From assembly GCF_000142905.1 (NCBI RefSeq), contig NW_013657652.1:186001-250000 (forward strand): a stretch of DNA of 64,000 bases, given 5' to 3'. Numbering within the stretch: position 1 is the first letter of the stretch; every line of letters begins with the position of its first letter. Under the pieces are notes generated by a model, which saw nothing but the letters and a program-made list of their open reading frames with translations, did no database searches and was not told the DNA's origin. Origin of the DNA: Thecamonas trahens ATCC 50062. Lineage: Eukaryota; Protista; Apusomonadida. The translations under genes were made by a program, and so were the position numbers. Below are positions 30,101 through 40,851 of this stretch, one piece after another.

Positions 30101-30917
30101 CCGGCGCAAAGTTGGGGTCGCCCAGAAACGGGACCACCAGCGGGAGTACCGGGCTCTCCTGCAGCATGTCGCACTGGATCCACAGCAAAAACTGCGCAAT
30201 GCACTTGATGGCAATCTGCACAATCATGACCTTGGACGACGCCGCAGCATGCGCCTCGGCATTCGACGGGTCGGACTCCAGCACGTTGCGCGCCTCGATG
30301 TACAGCTGAGCCTGACCGGCCAGCACCGAGTGCAGGAACGGAAAGAGGTCCGGCATGGCCGACCGGAACGAGGTGCAGAGCTGCTTGCGCCGCATGGTCG
30401 TCACCTGCGACCGCGACCGCACAATGCCCATCTTGTTGAGCCGGATAAGGTACTCGGAAAAGTCAAACAGGCCCTTGAGCACCAACTCGGCCTGCGTGTC
30501 CGACTGCGAGCCAATCTCCACCAAGTCGCTCAGCAGGCTCGGCCACTTTTGCGGCCAGTCGTGGAGCATGCAAAGAAGGAGGCAGTCGATGAGCTTGGAC
30601 TTGATGTAGTACTCTTCCTCGCCGAGCGACTTGGTACCCGACGCAATGATTTGCAACACAAGCTGCTTGAGCGACGCCTGCTGGTCGACGTCAAAGCCCT
30701 TCCAGTGAAACTTGAGCGCGTTCTCGATGATGGTGAGGCCAAAGTGCCGCACCATCGAGTCGTGCTCCACTCCGATGAGCTCGGTCACAACCTCGAGCGA
30801 CGCCGGCGACGACTTGAACTCCTCCAGCACTTGCTGGGCGTTCATCCGGACCTCGTTCGGCGTACTCTCCTGCTGCACCGCCTGCAGCGCCTCCACAACC
30901 GCATTGACAGAGCTCAT
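27198..30917 (-). CDS. XPO5: Exportin-5/Msn5-like karyopherin
   Basis: RMNAQQVLEEFK, VRHFGLTIIENALKFHW, LHDWPQKWPSLL, RRKQLCTSF; HEAT repeats, ~1240 aa. Confidence 0.85.
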   Translation of the reverse strand: MSSVNAVVEALQAVQQESTPNEVRMNAQQVLEEFKSSPASLEVVTELIGVEHDSMVRHFGLTIIENALKFHWKGFDVDQQASLKQLVLQIIASGTKSLGEEEYYIKSKLIDCLLLCMLHDWPQKWPSLLSDLVEIGSQSDTQAELVLKGLFDFSEYLIRLNKMGIVRSRSQVTTMRRKQLCTSFRSAMPDLFPFLHSVLAGQAQLYIEARNVLESDPSNAEAHAAASSKVMIVQIAIKCIAQFLLWIQCDMLQESPVLPLVVPFLGDPNFAPDVVLVMKKLLFRKHLRANEPYVMELFDYIPQIFGLLSEPLFESLADVHKLNSAAIGVLAEVGMLQLRLWRRARSDRKIDPDAPEPSLHPHFGSFVESLMALSDAHPSCDVQTTLIKFWRRFLDSGLVDKSESVGESDVLQAILSLALKFLAQPDPFDAEEGSMALELAKLDYNNAEEGAAAKKGLERRAAGLIATLTRRDGHGMVAYMTQYLAHLFSSLPNDAGIGEDDEPARELRALCLMSSTIIRSLPRKCLVAPDPESDAHYLLARESDSDSDDGLFSRTALVMTPQGLARARGSSSGPQGAEAEAAARAAAARLEAERAANCEAIAGALQGVLEFSHPSKAVIANQLRLLTSFTPFLKHYPDQLQETFSLAFSYLTYKDPSETEAPVSALTEASVEIRGKAAKALHSIIIFVGEKLAGQLEGLWTQVQELDEADQLRHEEKACVYELVIISASKSRDEELQRAVVSTILEPLLAQWNSDAFAGALSSPEALLSSLGILGNDPSARGQLFAEEHLAFRRDVYFVVTVVYVVAKWSASWRSRALLPHLNTLLPSLLSLITTLHGVWQPEVLANVPEFFESVFALPDETPTATLARASSLPSHELDAGSQLRLFTYWMDSVFSRAYSALGSIAKIRDLYEQGDLAAMLSASVFSNLPVLPNRYLVGITMSVICALFRMCPFAMREAVVVPILVPWIEFMQEKLPAEWGAFYERESSGSTLTPAEEVLVDKDLGMLTTCHARFLQTISFRLPRYPRDSDSSEAPAGSTPRPQLSGMSQMPSRAPPHVLESEPLRLTYLQSAIMLVRTPTLSAVAIAVNVCSRLMLHVSNVSEYQYLLSSELLPALIEALAHIEEESVIRNILALIMEIYCRFTEVVPDVTRGVLSAVPDVTNETLAEFEGALQAASSSRARRELFRQLLAGVIGSNVVHKMYERGSNEDTTIEHIAAPSRSEAGNDDETMGATAGGL

Positions 30918-31342
30918 CCTCCCTATCTCCTCGGTCACGCCCTCCCTGTAACACGAGTGTACGACAAAGTCGAGTCTGCCCACCCTGCTTCGTCTTGCCC
31001 TGTCGCTCGGCCGCCTTGCTTGTCTCGCCTAACGCGACTTGGCGGGTCGCCCTCGCGATCGATCGGCTTGGCGCGCCACGTTGGCAACGATCGGATGTGG
31101 GGCGATGGTGGTGTGTGTGTGTGATGGGAGTATTTCGATCGCGATGGGACGGGGAATGGAGTATGAGTGCGTATGTGCGGGGTGTGTGGGGTGTGTGGGG
31201 CTGGTGATGTGACCAGAGTGCGGGCTAGCGAGACGGCAGCGAGCGGGTGGTAGTCGGGTGACGGGCGGGTGACGGGAGAGGCGGCCGGGTGGCTGCCGTC
31301 CATCGACCATCACACAACGTGAACCGCTGGCACATCGCGGAC

Positions 31343-32146
31343 ATGGCGACCGAGCACAGCAGTGAACGGGCGCCTGGAGCCAAGCCGAGCTCGCCGTGGA
31401 TGGAGCGGGCGGTGGTGGGGGTGCTAGGCGGACTCTCGCGGTTGTTCATGCAGGTCTTCTCGTCGACAAAGGTCTCTGGCCGCGAGCGGCTGGTGGCGGC
31501 AGTCGAGGAGCGCGACGAGGGTGTGGGGCTGGTCACCGTCTCCAACCACGTCTCGATTTACGATGATCCGTTTACGGTGGCAGCGGCTGTACCGTGGATG
31601 TGGCTGTGGGATACCCACAAGCTGCGGTCGACGCTCTGCGCCACCAACCGCTGCTTCTTCCACCCTGTCATCGGCAAGATCCTCTCGCTCGGCAGGGTCC
31701 TTCCTGTTCAGCGCGGCGACGGCATGTACCAGCCGTACATGGACGATGTGGTGGCGCGAGTGGCTGCTGGCGAGTGGATCCACCTCTTTCCCGAGGGTAC
31801 TCGCACCGCCCTCCCGCCGGCCATGCTTCCGCTACGTCCGGGCATCGGCCGGCTCGTCGCTGACCCGCCGGTCACCCCTGTCGTCCTCCCGCTCGTCCAC
31901 GTGGGCATGCACACGCTCGCCGGCCGTGGCTCAGTCGTCCCGTCGGTTGGCCAGGCCGTTACTATCGTTGTCGGCGAGCCTGTTGCCTTTGACGATCTGC
32001 TCGCGGCCTACGCCCCGGGATCGGTCTCGGACCTGCCGCGCGACGAGCGCGAGGCTCTGTACAACGCCATCGCGCTCCGCCTCCAGCGTGTCATGCACAA
32101 TTTGCTCCTCGAGGCTAACGCTGTTCACCACGCACAGCCTCATTGA
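31343..32146 (+). CDS. TAZ: Tafazzin-family phospholipid acyltransferase
   Basis: LVTVSNHVSIYDDP, RGDGMYQ, WIHLFPEG, GIGRLV, VVLPLVHVGM. Confidence 0.92.
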   Translation: MATEHSSERAPGAKPSSPWMERAVVGVLGGLSRLFMQVFSSTKVSGRERLVAAVEERDEGVGLVTVSNHVSIYDDPFTVAAAVPWMWLWDTHKLRSTLCATNRCFFHPVIGKILSLGRVLPVQRGDGMYQPYMDDVVARVAAGEWIHLFPEGTRTALPPAMLPLRPGIGRLVADPPVTPVVLPLVHVGMHTLAGRGSVVPSVGQAVTIVVGEPVAFDDLLAAYAPGSVSDLPRDEREALYNAIALRLQRVMHNLLLEANAVHHAQPH

Positions 32147-32163
32147 CAGCTGCTCTGCGTAAT

Positions 32164-35100
32164 TTACTCGCCTGAGCTCGGTAGGTAGTCGGCGACAGAG
32201 TTTGTCCGTTCCAGGACCCGGGCCTGTCCCCGCCGAAGATTTCCGTCGGTGACGCCGGCGGCGTCGGCAACTGACGCCAGCGATGCCAGCGATGCCAGCG
32301 ACGACGTGCGTGAGCCAAAGGCGGAGCCACTGCGCGAGTGCCGCCGAACGACGGCCGGGACTCGAGCGTGCATGCTCAAGGCGTCGGGCGTCCGCCGTCC
32401 GGTGCTGCCACTGCCGGCGATGCCGAGGTGCGCCGCCCATACCTCGTCCATGCCGGCCATCGATGTCATCTGGTCCAGAGTGTCGAGCTCATCGGAACCC
32501 AACATCCCACCCGTGGCTTCGCGAATGCCGGCACTCGCGTCTGCCTCGTCTGCGTGCCTAAAGTTGGGCACCGACTCGGAGACAAACTGCTCCTGCTCGC
32601 GGAGCTCATTGGGCGTGATGATCGGAGACGGCTCTCGCTCAGGGGTGGTCTCGAGCTCAGCAATGTCTCCCGGGCGGTTGGCTATGGGCGAAGTCGAGAG
32701 GTTGCGACTCCGTCGGCGCACGCTCTGCTGCCGCCCGACTGGCGCCGTCGTCGGCCGCATCGGCATCTTTGGCGGCACAACCGGTGGCTTGCCAACGAGC
32801 TCTGGCGGTGGCGCCACCAGTCGCATTTCCAGCTCTGATACCGACGACGATGATGATGACGACGACGACGACGACAACGACGACGACGATGCAGAACCAG
32901 TCGTTGCTGTCTGCGGTAGCGCATGGGGCAGCGGCATTGCGCTCGGTGACGACGATGATGGTGATGACGGCGATGACGACAGCTGGCTGTTGGCATCCTC
33001 GGGCGCCTCCCACGACGACGACGACGACGAACCAGTTGACGATGACGAGCCACTTGTGTCGCCGAGATCCGACGAATGCGATGTCGGCAGCGGCGGGAGG
33101 CGCGGCGATGGGGTGGGCGGAAGGCGCGTCGTAGCGCGTGGCGTCGGCGCAAGGCTCGCCGCTCCCTTGGGCGGGAGCGGCGGCACATAGACCATATCCC
33201 GCGGTGTGCCGCGAGGTGAGAGCGGCGGCGGAAGCGTCCCGATGGGCTCTGTCCCTGCTAGCGATGACGCTGGCGTCGACTCCGAGTCAAGCACCGCGCC
33301 CTTGGCCTTGCGAGCTCGCTCGCGTCGCGCGAGCGCAAGCAAAACGAGAATGATGCAGCAAATGCAGCAGCAGAGCCCGAGGAGGATGAGGAGCACAAAG
33401 CCGAGTGTGGAGAGCTTACGGTTGACGATGTAGTCGCTCGGGAGCAGGCGGCCCATCACCGCCTGCTGTCGCGACATAAGGGCCATTCCATTGGCGTCGA
33501 CAAGCACGTATTGGACCACCAGGCGGCCCGGATCAGCCGCCAGCTCGGGCGCCAGCTGGGCGATGGTCTGCCGGCCAAAGGCAAAGTCGAGCGCGACTGC
33601 ACCGGAGCGCAGCGGTGTTGACTCCTGCTGTGCATCGGTCGGCGCGCTTCCGTCGCTTGTTGGCTGGTGCAGGGTCCATCGGAGCTCGGCCGGTGGTGCT
33701 CCGCCAGAAGCCACATAGTTGAGCTCCAGATCGAGGTAGGCCATTGTAAACGAGGTGTTGACCCGGATTGGAGCAAAGACTGTTACGGCCTCGGCATGCA
33801 TGGCCTCGACAACAGCACCGGCTGCGTCCTCGACACGGATGCCGAGCCGGGCGTCGAGGGAGCAGACACTCGGGTTGTCCATCACCAGCGCGTCCCAAAC
33901 GGTGTCGCGGACGCCAAACACCCACGATGTGTCGGCCATCGGAGACGAGACCAGCCATGGCGCCTCAAGGGCCACGCCAGTCGAGAGAGGCTCAGACGCG
34001 TTGCGGATGATCGCGGTGATGCGGAGCGGATATGTGCCACCTGTTGCGTTGAGCGTGGCATTGAATAGGAGGCCGTCGCGGAGCACCGAGTCGGGTGTGA
34101 TCGAGGTGTGGAGCCGTTCGCTTGAGGTCAGCGCGTACGCGGCTCGCGGGTATGGGTTGATGACGAGGGCGGTGGTCACCAGCGGCGCACCGGTCGTGCC
34201 GACATTGTTGATCAAGAAACCGGCGACATCCGCCGTACCCGCCGAAGCGTTGACGAGCCAGCTTTCGTCAAAGACGTGCGGCGCTTCGATGACGCCAAGC
34301 TCCTCATTGACCGGCAAGAGCGGAGGAGGTGTGTCGTAGAGCGGAACAGAGAGGTGGCGATGGGTGTCCGTCAGCGTGAGGTGCATTGCGGCCGTGGCTG
34401 CGCCCACCACGTTGACGACCCGGATCGGAGTGGGGACACTCACCGTGGTCTCGCCGTTGACGCCGGGCACTAGGACGCCCTGTGGGCGGGCGATGATGGT
34501 GACCGGCCCGCGGCTGATGGGTGGGCGCGAGTCGACACCGACAGCGTCGCGGACGGTGACAAACACTGTGGCCGAGCCCGAGGTCTGGGTTCGCGAGGCA
34601 AAAACGGCGAGTCGACAATGAGTGGGCCGTCGGCATGGCCGCCAAAGCGGCCACCATGGGAGAGCGGCGCTACGGCAAGGCCCGAACCTCCGCCGCCGAT
34701 CTCTTCAACCCGCAGCGCGACTGAGAACGGCGCTGTGCCGCCGATCACCGACCCGGTTGAGACATTTGTCGAGACGCCAAGAACGACTGGGACGCTTGTG
34801 TCGAACACCACGGTCGGTGTGAGGGCGAGCGGATGGGCGTGAAGCTCGTGCGGTGCTGTCGAGTTGAGCTCGCGGGAGTAGCCGACCGAGTCAACTGCGG
34901 AGCACGAGGCGTACAAGACGAGAGTGTCACCGGATGTCGAGCTGAGAAGGCTCGCCGAGAGCGGATACCCGAGCGTGATGGCGACAGGAGAGGCGCCCGT
35001 GGCAAACGGCTGGCTGCGGTTGGGCACAAGTACTATGGGCGGTTCGGCGGGATTGGACGCCGACCGGCCACGGAGCTGGCAGTTGGAGACTGTGTACGGC

Positions 35101-36362
35101 GGGTAGCCGCCGGTCATGCTCAAATCGAGGGTAAGGTTGGCGCCGAGGGTAGTAAAGAAGGTGCCGGTACCATCATCGACAATGGGGGCTGCAAAGGAGA
35201 GGTTGGTTACAAAGGGAGCGCGGGTCTCGAGCGGGCCGAGCGTCTGTCGGATGCTTGCAATGCGCGGACTTGACACAATGTCGATGTCGATGTAGATGTC
35301 GGTGCTGGGGAGGCTCGGCAGCTGGACGCCTGCCCAGGAGTGGCTGTCGAGCTCAGCCTGCGACGCCACGCTTGCAGTTGTCTCCGAGTCGATGCTGCTC
35401 CCGTCGCGGACAGTGATGGTGACGTTGATGGGCCAGATGGCATCGCTGACAGTTCCGAGGCTGGGGAGAACGGTGGTGAGCGGCGTGGATGTCACTGACT
35501 TGGTGGTGGCGAGTGCGGCGCCCGCAATGGTTGGCCGCGGATATGCGGTAATGAACGCGGGCTGCGCAGCAACAAAGATGGCCTCGCCGCCTTCGGCGTT
35601 CTCGATGGTGGCGTAGGCGAGAAAGGATGTAGGCGCGCCAGCGTCGAGCGCCGACTCCTGAACCGAGGCCAGGCTCGGCAGCTGCGGGCGGGTGTAACGG
35701 GCCTCGGCCTCGGTGTTAGCCACACCTGATCCGAGGAGCAGGTCACTAGATGACGGTGTGATCGTTGTCGGTGGCGGCGAAGGCGGCGGCGTGGGCCCGG
35801 TCCACGGCGAGAGCCACCATTCGACGACAAACGGGAGCGAGCCGCCGGTGATGTTGACGACGGCGAGACCGATGGGCTCGCCAACCGCCACGTCTCGCAG
35901 CCCGGTGAGCCGCGGCTTACCGTCTGGCCTCGGGTACACAACGATTGCGCGCGGGGCCGAGGCCGGATGCACGCCGCCGGCGCAGCTGGCCGACTCGGAC
36001 GAGTTGACCGAGACGACGATGTCGTACTCGCCGGCAGCGGTAAAGGTAAAGACGTGCGAGGCAAAGTCAAAGGGCATGCCGCTGACGACGGCAGACTGTG
36101 TGCTGACAAGCGGGTACGTCGACGGCGATGCGGAAGTGTGTGTGGCAACAAAGGTAAAGGTGCACGGCGCGTCGAGTGAGCAGGTGATGCCGACGCCCTT
36201 GCCAGTAACGTCGAGCTCGTTGCCGGCAGTGATGGTAGTCCCGTCCGACGAGGGATCAAACACATATGGTGGGTCACAGGTGGCAGCAGGTGCTGCAAGG
36301 GCGAGCCACACTACCAGGGCAGCCGCAGCAGCGAGCACCGTGCGGCGCCGATGGCGTGACAT
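32164..36362 (-). CDS. Large type-I membrane protein with repeated Ig/PKD-like modules; frameshift at A5 run 34600..34604
   Basis: Signal peptide VLAAAAALVVWLALAAPAA; beta-rich repeats with GGxxP and YPRP; TM LGFVLLILLGLCCCICCIILVLLALA-RRER; Pro/Ser tail. One added nt joins ORFs 34470..36362 and 32164..34566 into 1399 aa. Confidence 0.72.
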
Positions 36363-36788
36363 GCGGGAGTGGGCCGTGAGCCGCAGCAGTGCCAGCAGCC
36401 TCGACCACGGAGCAAACGACCGCAGACTCGGCAGGCCAGCAGACGCGTGGAAAGAGCTTCCAACACAGAAACACCAACTTGGACTCTACGGTCTCAAGGA
36501 TGCGTGTGTATGTTGGTCGATGCGTGCGTGTGAGCGTGTGTGTGCGTGATGGTGGCAAGTGCGGGGCAGGGGGGTGACAGAGAGGGGATTGACCGCATTC
36601 GTTCGTTCCTTCGTTCGTTCGTTCGTCATGTTCGGTACGTTCGGTCGCCCGAGTTGTGGCGTTGCGGTTCGGGGTTGGGAGGGTTGAGGGGTGGTTGGGG
36701 GGGGGGGGGGTTGGGCGGCAGGGAGAGCGAGAGAGACGGGGCAGGGCAGGGCGGGCGACGGCGACGGCACACGACTCTCGACAGAACC

Positions 36789-37206
36789 ATGACCCCTTCT
36801 GAGTTTTTGGCCACCGTTCTGGGCCGGCCTGTGGAGGTCAAGCTCGACACGGGTGTGGTGTACAAAGGTATGTGTGCGCAGGGGAGGCAGGGGGGGGGGA
36901 GGGAAGGGGGAAGGGGTAGCGAGAGGGACAGCCATGCCAGCGCCAGCTGCGGCACCTCAGTAGCACTCACCCCACCCCACCCACATAACCCCCCACCCAC
37001 GTACCCCACCCACGTACCCCCCACCCACTTACCCATCCCCTCCCCCCTGCCCAGGAGTGCTCGCCTCGCTCGACGGGTTCATGAACCTGGTGCTGGAGCA
37101 GACCGAGGAGTTTGTCAATGGCAAGAAGACACGGGCGTACGGCGATGCCTTTCTCCGTGGGAACAACGTGACGTACATCTCGCTGCAAAAGGGCGCCGCA
37201 GCATGA
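36789..37206 (+). CDS. LSM6: Sm-like protein Lsm6; intron 36868..37054
   Basis: MTPSEFLATVLGRPVEVKLDTGVVYKG|VLASLDGFMNLVLEQTEEFVNG..YGDAFLRGNNVTYIS. Confidence 0.95.
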
Positions 37207-37424
37207 TGCGCTGTGCCGATCAACGCAATCCGCAGTGCGCACTCTTCTTGCCAGCCCTGGCACGCGCCGACTGGCGTCGAACTCGCTCTGACCGTGTGGT
37301 AGCTGGCGGGGATCGCGGTGCCGTCGCAGTGACATCGGGTGCAGAAGCAAACTCGGGTGTATGAGGGTGTGGACAGGTGTGATCACGCTGTACCGTAAAG
37401 AGTTAGCCACCAGCCCATTGCATG

Positions 37425-39209
37425 CTACTTGAGAAAGGTGACAAAGGTGTCCGCGGCAAAGACATCCTCCAGCTGGGCAGCAGGGACCATGAGCTGGGTA
37501 CACATGGCGTCAAAGTGGTGCTGGCCATCAGCCATCTCCACCAAGGCGGCGGCCTGCGCCGGGGAGAGCGCATCCCAAGTCCGGCGTGCCCCACCCGGCA
37601 TGCCGCCGCTACCGCCACGGCCGCGCCTGCGGCTACTGCGCATTTTGTCGGGTGACGATACCGCCACCGACGCCGCAAGCGTGCCCGGTGGGACAGAGGC
37701 GGCGTCGATGGCATCTTCAAGCGCGAGAACGTAGCGATGGACGCGGCGGAGGATGCCGTGCAGAATGCCAAAGCGGACGAGGACAAGGACATCAATGTTG
37801 AGCGCGTCGAGATCGTGCGAGAGGCAAAACTCGGAGAGCGTGCGCGGCGCACGGAGCGCGGCGTACAGCTCGAGCACAGTCTTGCGCGATGGCGGCGGCG
37901 CGCCGGGCGGTGCCAGCACCCTCTGCGCCTGCGCCATTAGGGCCGAACCAGGCTCGTACAGCGCGTCGAATACAGGGGTGGTGTGGTAGACGTTGGAGAA
38001 CTGAAAGATATCCACGAGCGCCACGTAGCCGGCAGCAACCAGCGCAGCACAGGCCTCAGCAGCGAGGTCCTCGGCCATACCGGCAAGCATCGCAATGCGC
38101 TTGACGTAGTTGAAGCCGTCGATAAACGGAAGGACGGCCAGGAGGGCGATACCCCACTCGTCAAGAAGCGGCTGCGGCGGTAGAGCAGCAACCAGCAGCG
38201 GCACGTCCCACGTCCGCACCTCGGCTGCCCGATCACTCGCTGCTGCCACCGACACGTCCAGCGAGAGAAACAGCGAGTTGCGCTCGTCAACTGTCACGTT
38301 GGCCGAGCCGGACTCGCGGAGCTGCGCAAAGACTGAGTTGACCAACGCAAGCAGCGGCTCGGTCTCGGCCGATGTCGCGGTCGGCGATGCCGGCGATGAC
38401 GGCTCGCCTGCCTCGTCCTCGTCCTCGATGAGCATGTTGGTGTGCCGCGACACAAACGCACTCTCCTTCTCGAGCGCCGTTAGAAACGCCGCTGTCTTGG
38501 CCAGCAGTGGACGGAACGGCGCCGTGTCGGCCCGCGGCGTGAACACAAATGCGACATTGAAAAGCAGGTTGTTGCGTGGATAGTGCTCGCTCTCCAGATT
38601 CACGGCCATCGACAGCAACCGCAGGCCGTGCGCCGGCACCGCCACATCCACCAGCTTGTGGAAGAGCTCCGGCTTGGGAATGACAAACTCCTTGATCCGC
38701 ACAAACGCAGACGGCGGCATCGCTCCCGCTGGTGCCGCAAACAGCACCCGCGGCCCGCGCACCACATGGAACTCGGATACCACAATCGCCAGCAGCGAGG
38801 GGCACGCCACACTTTGCGCCGGTATCGGCTCAGACTCGCAACTTTCCTGGTCACTACTGTCGTCGCCGTCGTCATCGTCATCGTCATCGCCGTCGTCGTC
38901 GCCGTCGTCGCCATCATCATCGTCGTCGTCGTTCCCAGCGTAGTTGTCAACAGAGGCTTTAAAAAGAGACGCAGCAGCAGCGGCTGAGCCAACGTTTTCC
39001 TCGTGTCGTGACTCTTGGTGGTGTTGGTGGTCGCCGTCGTCGCCGTCGTCGTCGTCGACGTGTTCGGCTTCGTCCCCGGTGCTTCCGGCCAGGTGCAGCG
39101 ACGGCGGTGGGAGGAAGACCTCAGCCGCCGACGGGATAGACGACGAGTGGGTGTCCGACACTAAGCCCGGTGGGAGGTCCATGGGGGAAGTGGGGTGGTG
39201 GCGCGTCAT
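37425..39209 (-). CDS. NPRL2: GATOR1 subunit NPRL2 with acidic N-terminal extension; start uncertain
   Basis: SEFHVVRGP, EFVIPKPEL, YPRNNLLFNVAFVF, LPFIDGFNYVKRIA, DIFQFSNVY, GILRRVHRY. Confidence 0.92.
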   Translation of the reverse strand: MTRHHPTSPMDLPPGLVSDTHSSSIPSAAEVFLPPPSLHLAGSTGDEAEHVDDDDGDDGDHQHHQESRHEENVGSAAAAASLFKASVDNYAGNDDDDDDGDDGDDDGDDDDDDDGDDSSDQESCESEPIPAQSVACPSLLAIVVSEFHVVRGPRVLFAAPAGAMPPSAFVRIKEFVIPKPELFHKLVDVAVPAHGLRLLSMAVNLESEHYPRNNLLFNVAFVFTPRADTAPFRPLLAKTAAFLTALEKESAFVSRHTNMLIEDEDEAGEPSSPASPTATSAETEPLLALVNSVFAQLRESGSANVTVDERNSLFLSLDVSVAAASDRAAEVRTWDVPLLVAALPPQPLLDEWGIALLAVLPFIDGFNYVKRIAMLAGMAEDLAAEACAALVAAGYVALVDIFQFSNVYHTTPVFDALYEPGSALMAQAQRVLAPPGAPPPSRKTVLELYAALRAPRTLSEFCLSHDLDALNIDVLVLVRFGILHGILRRVHRYVLALEDAIDAASVPPGTLAASVAVSSPDKMRSSRRRGRGGSGGMPGGARRTWDALSPAQAAALVEMADGQHHFDAMCTQLMVPAAQLEDVFAADTFVTFLK

Positions 39210-39451
39210 ACCGGGCTGTCGGGCTGTCGGACTGGCGTGCGCTGGAGGACGGAGAGAGCGTGCAGATCACCACCGAGCGCGACACCGCTGAGTTTGCATC
39301 GCACATCCGCATCGCCTTCGCACCGAGGGTGTACTCGGCGTTGCACGTGTCACACCCGCACGAGGTGCCCGCCTCTCTGCTGCACAGCTCTGATCGCAGG
39401 CCCGCGGCTACTTTGTCGATGCATGCCAAGCCAAGTTTAACGCGCCGGCTC

Positions 39452-40600
39452 CTAGGGACTCGTTGTGGCGAGGAGGACAACGAAAACGGCAGTAAAGGCG
39501 AGGGCGAGGATCGGAATACGGGTGCGGATCGAGGCTGCATTGAGCTCGGTGGCAAGGCACACGAGTGCTGTTCCGAGGAAGAGAACGACAAAGAACAGGC
39601 GCGAGACGCCGTCGAGTCGGCCGACAAGAAAGGTGACCAGGTGCGAGAGGACGGCAAAGAAGATGCCAAAGGTGTAGAGGACAAGGCGCAGGCGGCGGAT
39701 GATGTTGCGCGAGGCGTAGGCTTCGGCGGCGAGAAATACACAGACAAAGCCAGTGACGAGTACGCCCAACGCGCCAATCATCCATGCAATGGCCCAATCG
39801 ACCTTGAGCAGGCCTGTCGCCGCGTCGACGTGGGTGGCGTTTTCGAGAAAGGCAATGCCGGCAACAGGAAGAACCAGCAGCTCGCCAACTACAAAGAGCA
39901 GGACTAGCCGGAGCTCCGGGACCGAGAGCGCCACATCAGTGTAGAATGCCATCAGAAAGTAGACGTTGGCGCACTTGACGAGAGTGTCCATGACCGCCAG
40001 TGCAAAGGTGGCCGTTCCGCACGTTGCGTCGGTCGTGGTGATCACCTTGCGAAGGTAGTAGAGCGTGAGCGAACCGACCTGGCAGGCGAGAAGCAGGCCC
40101 CACGTGACCGAGCCCGGGAGCAGGGCGCGATGGCTACACGCCGCCCACCCCACACGCATCATCATGCCCACAAGCAGCGCGTCGAGCGCCAGCACCGTCG
40201 CCACGTTGGTGGCATCGTCGCGAAAGTCAAACTCACACAGCGCACCGCCCGATGGCCCCAGTAGCAGCACCGCTGGCACAATCGCCAGCACCAGCCAGAT
40301 CAGTACCAGCGCGCCCGGCACCCCGTACTCCCGCCACCGCCACCGCCCGCCCCGCCGCCGCCCGACCCTGTACTCCGCCGCCCGCGCCCGGCCTGTTGGC
40401 ACCGCCGACAGCGCACGCAGCGGCGTTGCCGCCCGCGACATGCTCCTCTCTCTCTGTCCATTCCCGTCGACGCCGCCAAGGCCCAGGCCCAGGCCCAGGC
40501 CCAGGCCCAAGCCCACGCCCCCGTCCTCGGCCTCTCCAGCCGACGCCGCAGGCGCCGTGGCCGCAAAGTACCGATACAGCCGCGCAGCCGGCGCGGACAT
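39452..40600 (-). CDS. Polytopic membrane protein (~8-9 hydrophobic segments), unknown function
   Basis: ATG 40600 (MSAPAAR); successive hydrophobic helices; 3' end may be frameshifted. Confidence 0.7.
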   Translation of the reverse strand: MSAPAARLYRYFAATAPAASAGEAEDGGVGLGLGLGLGLGLGGVDGNGQRERSMSRAATPLRALSAVPTGRARAAEYRVGRRRGGRWRWREYGVPGALVLIWLVLAIVPAVLLLGPSGGALCEFDFRDDATNVATVLALDALLVGMMMRVGWAACSHRALLPGSVTWGLLLACQVGSLTLYYLRKVITTTDATCGTATFALAVMDTLVKCANVYFLMAFYTDVALSVPELRLVLLFVVGELLVLPVAGIAFLENATHVDAATGLLKVDWAIAWMIGALGVLVTGFVCVFLAAEAYASRNIIRRLRLVLYTFGIFFAVLSHLVTFLVGRLDGVSRLFFVVLFLGTALVCLATELNAASIRTRIPILALAFTAVFVVLLATTSP

Positions 40601-40651
40601 GGTCTGCCCCCGTCGCCAACAAGTACCCGCCCACGCAAGGGGAGGGAGGAT

Positions 40652-40692
40652 GAGAGAGAGAGAGAGAGAGAGAGCAGTGTTCGTGTGCACCA

Positions 40693-40769
<77 letters not shown>
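40652..40769. repeat. Two (GA)n microsatellites in a divergent intergenic region
   Basis: Seen directly. Confidence 0.95.
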
Positions 40770-40773
<4 letters not shown>

Positions 40774-40851
40774 GGGAGGAGTCGGGCACCCTTACCTACC
40801 CACGCGCCCACACGCCCACACGCCCACCCATCTCCACCCAATTATACCTCT

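Noticed and set aside
32164-36362. Integrin subunit, suggested by nearby talin
   Set aside because: No NPxY, GFFKR, FG-GAP, vWA/MIDAS or Cys-rich EGF repeats seen
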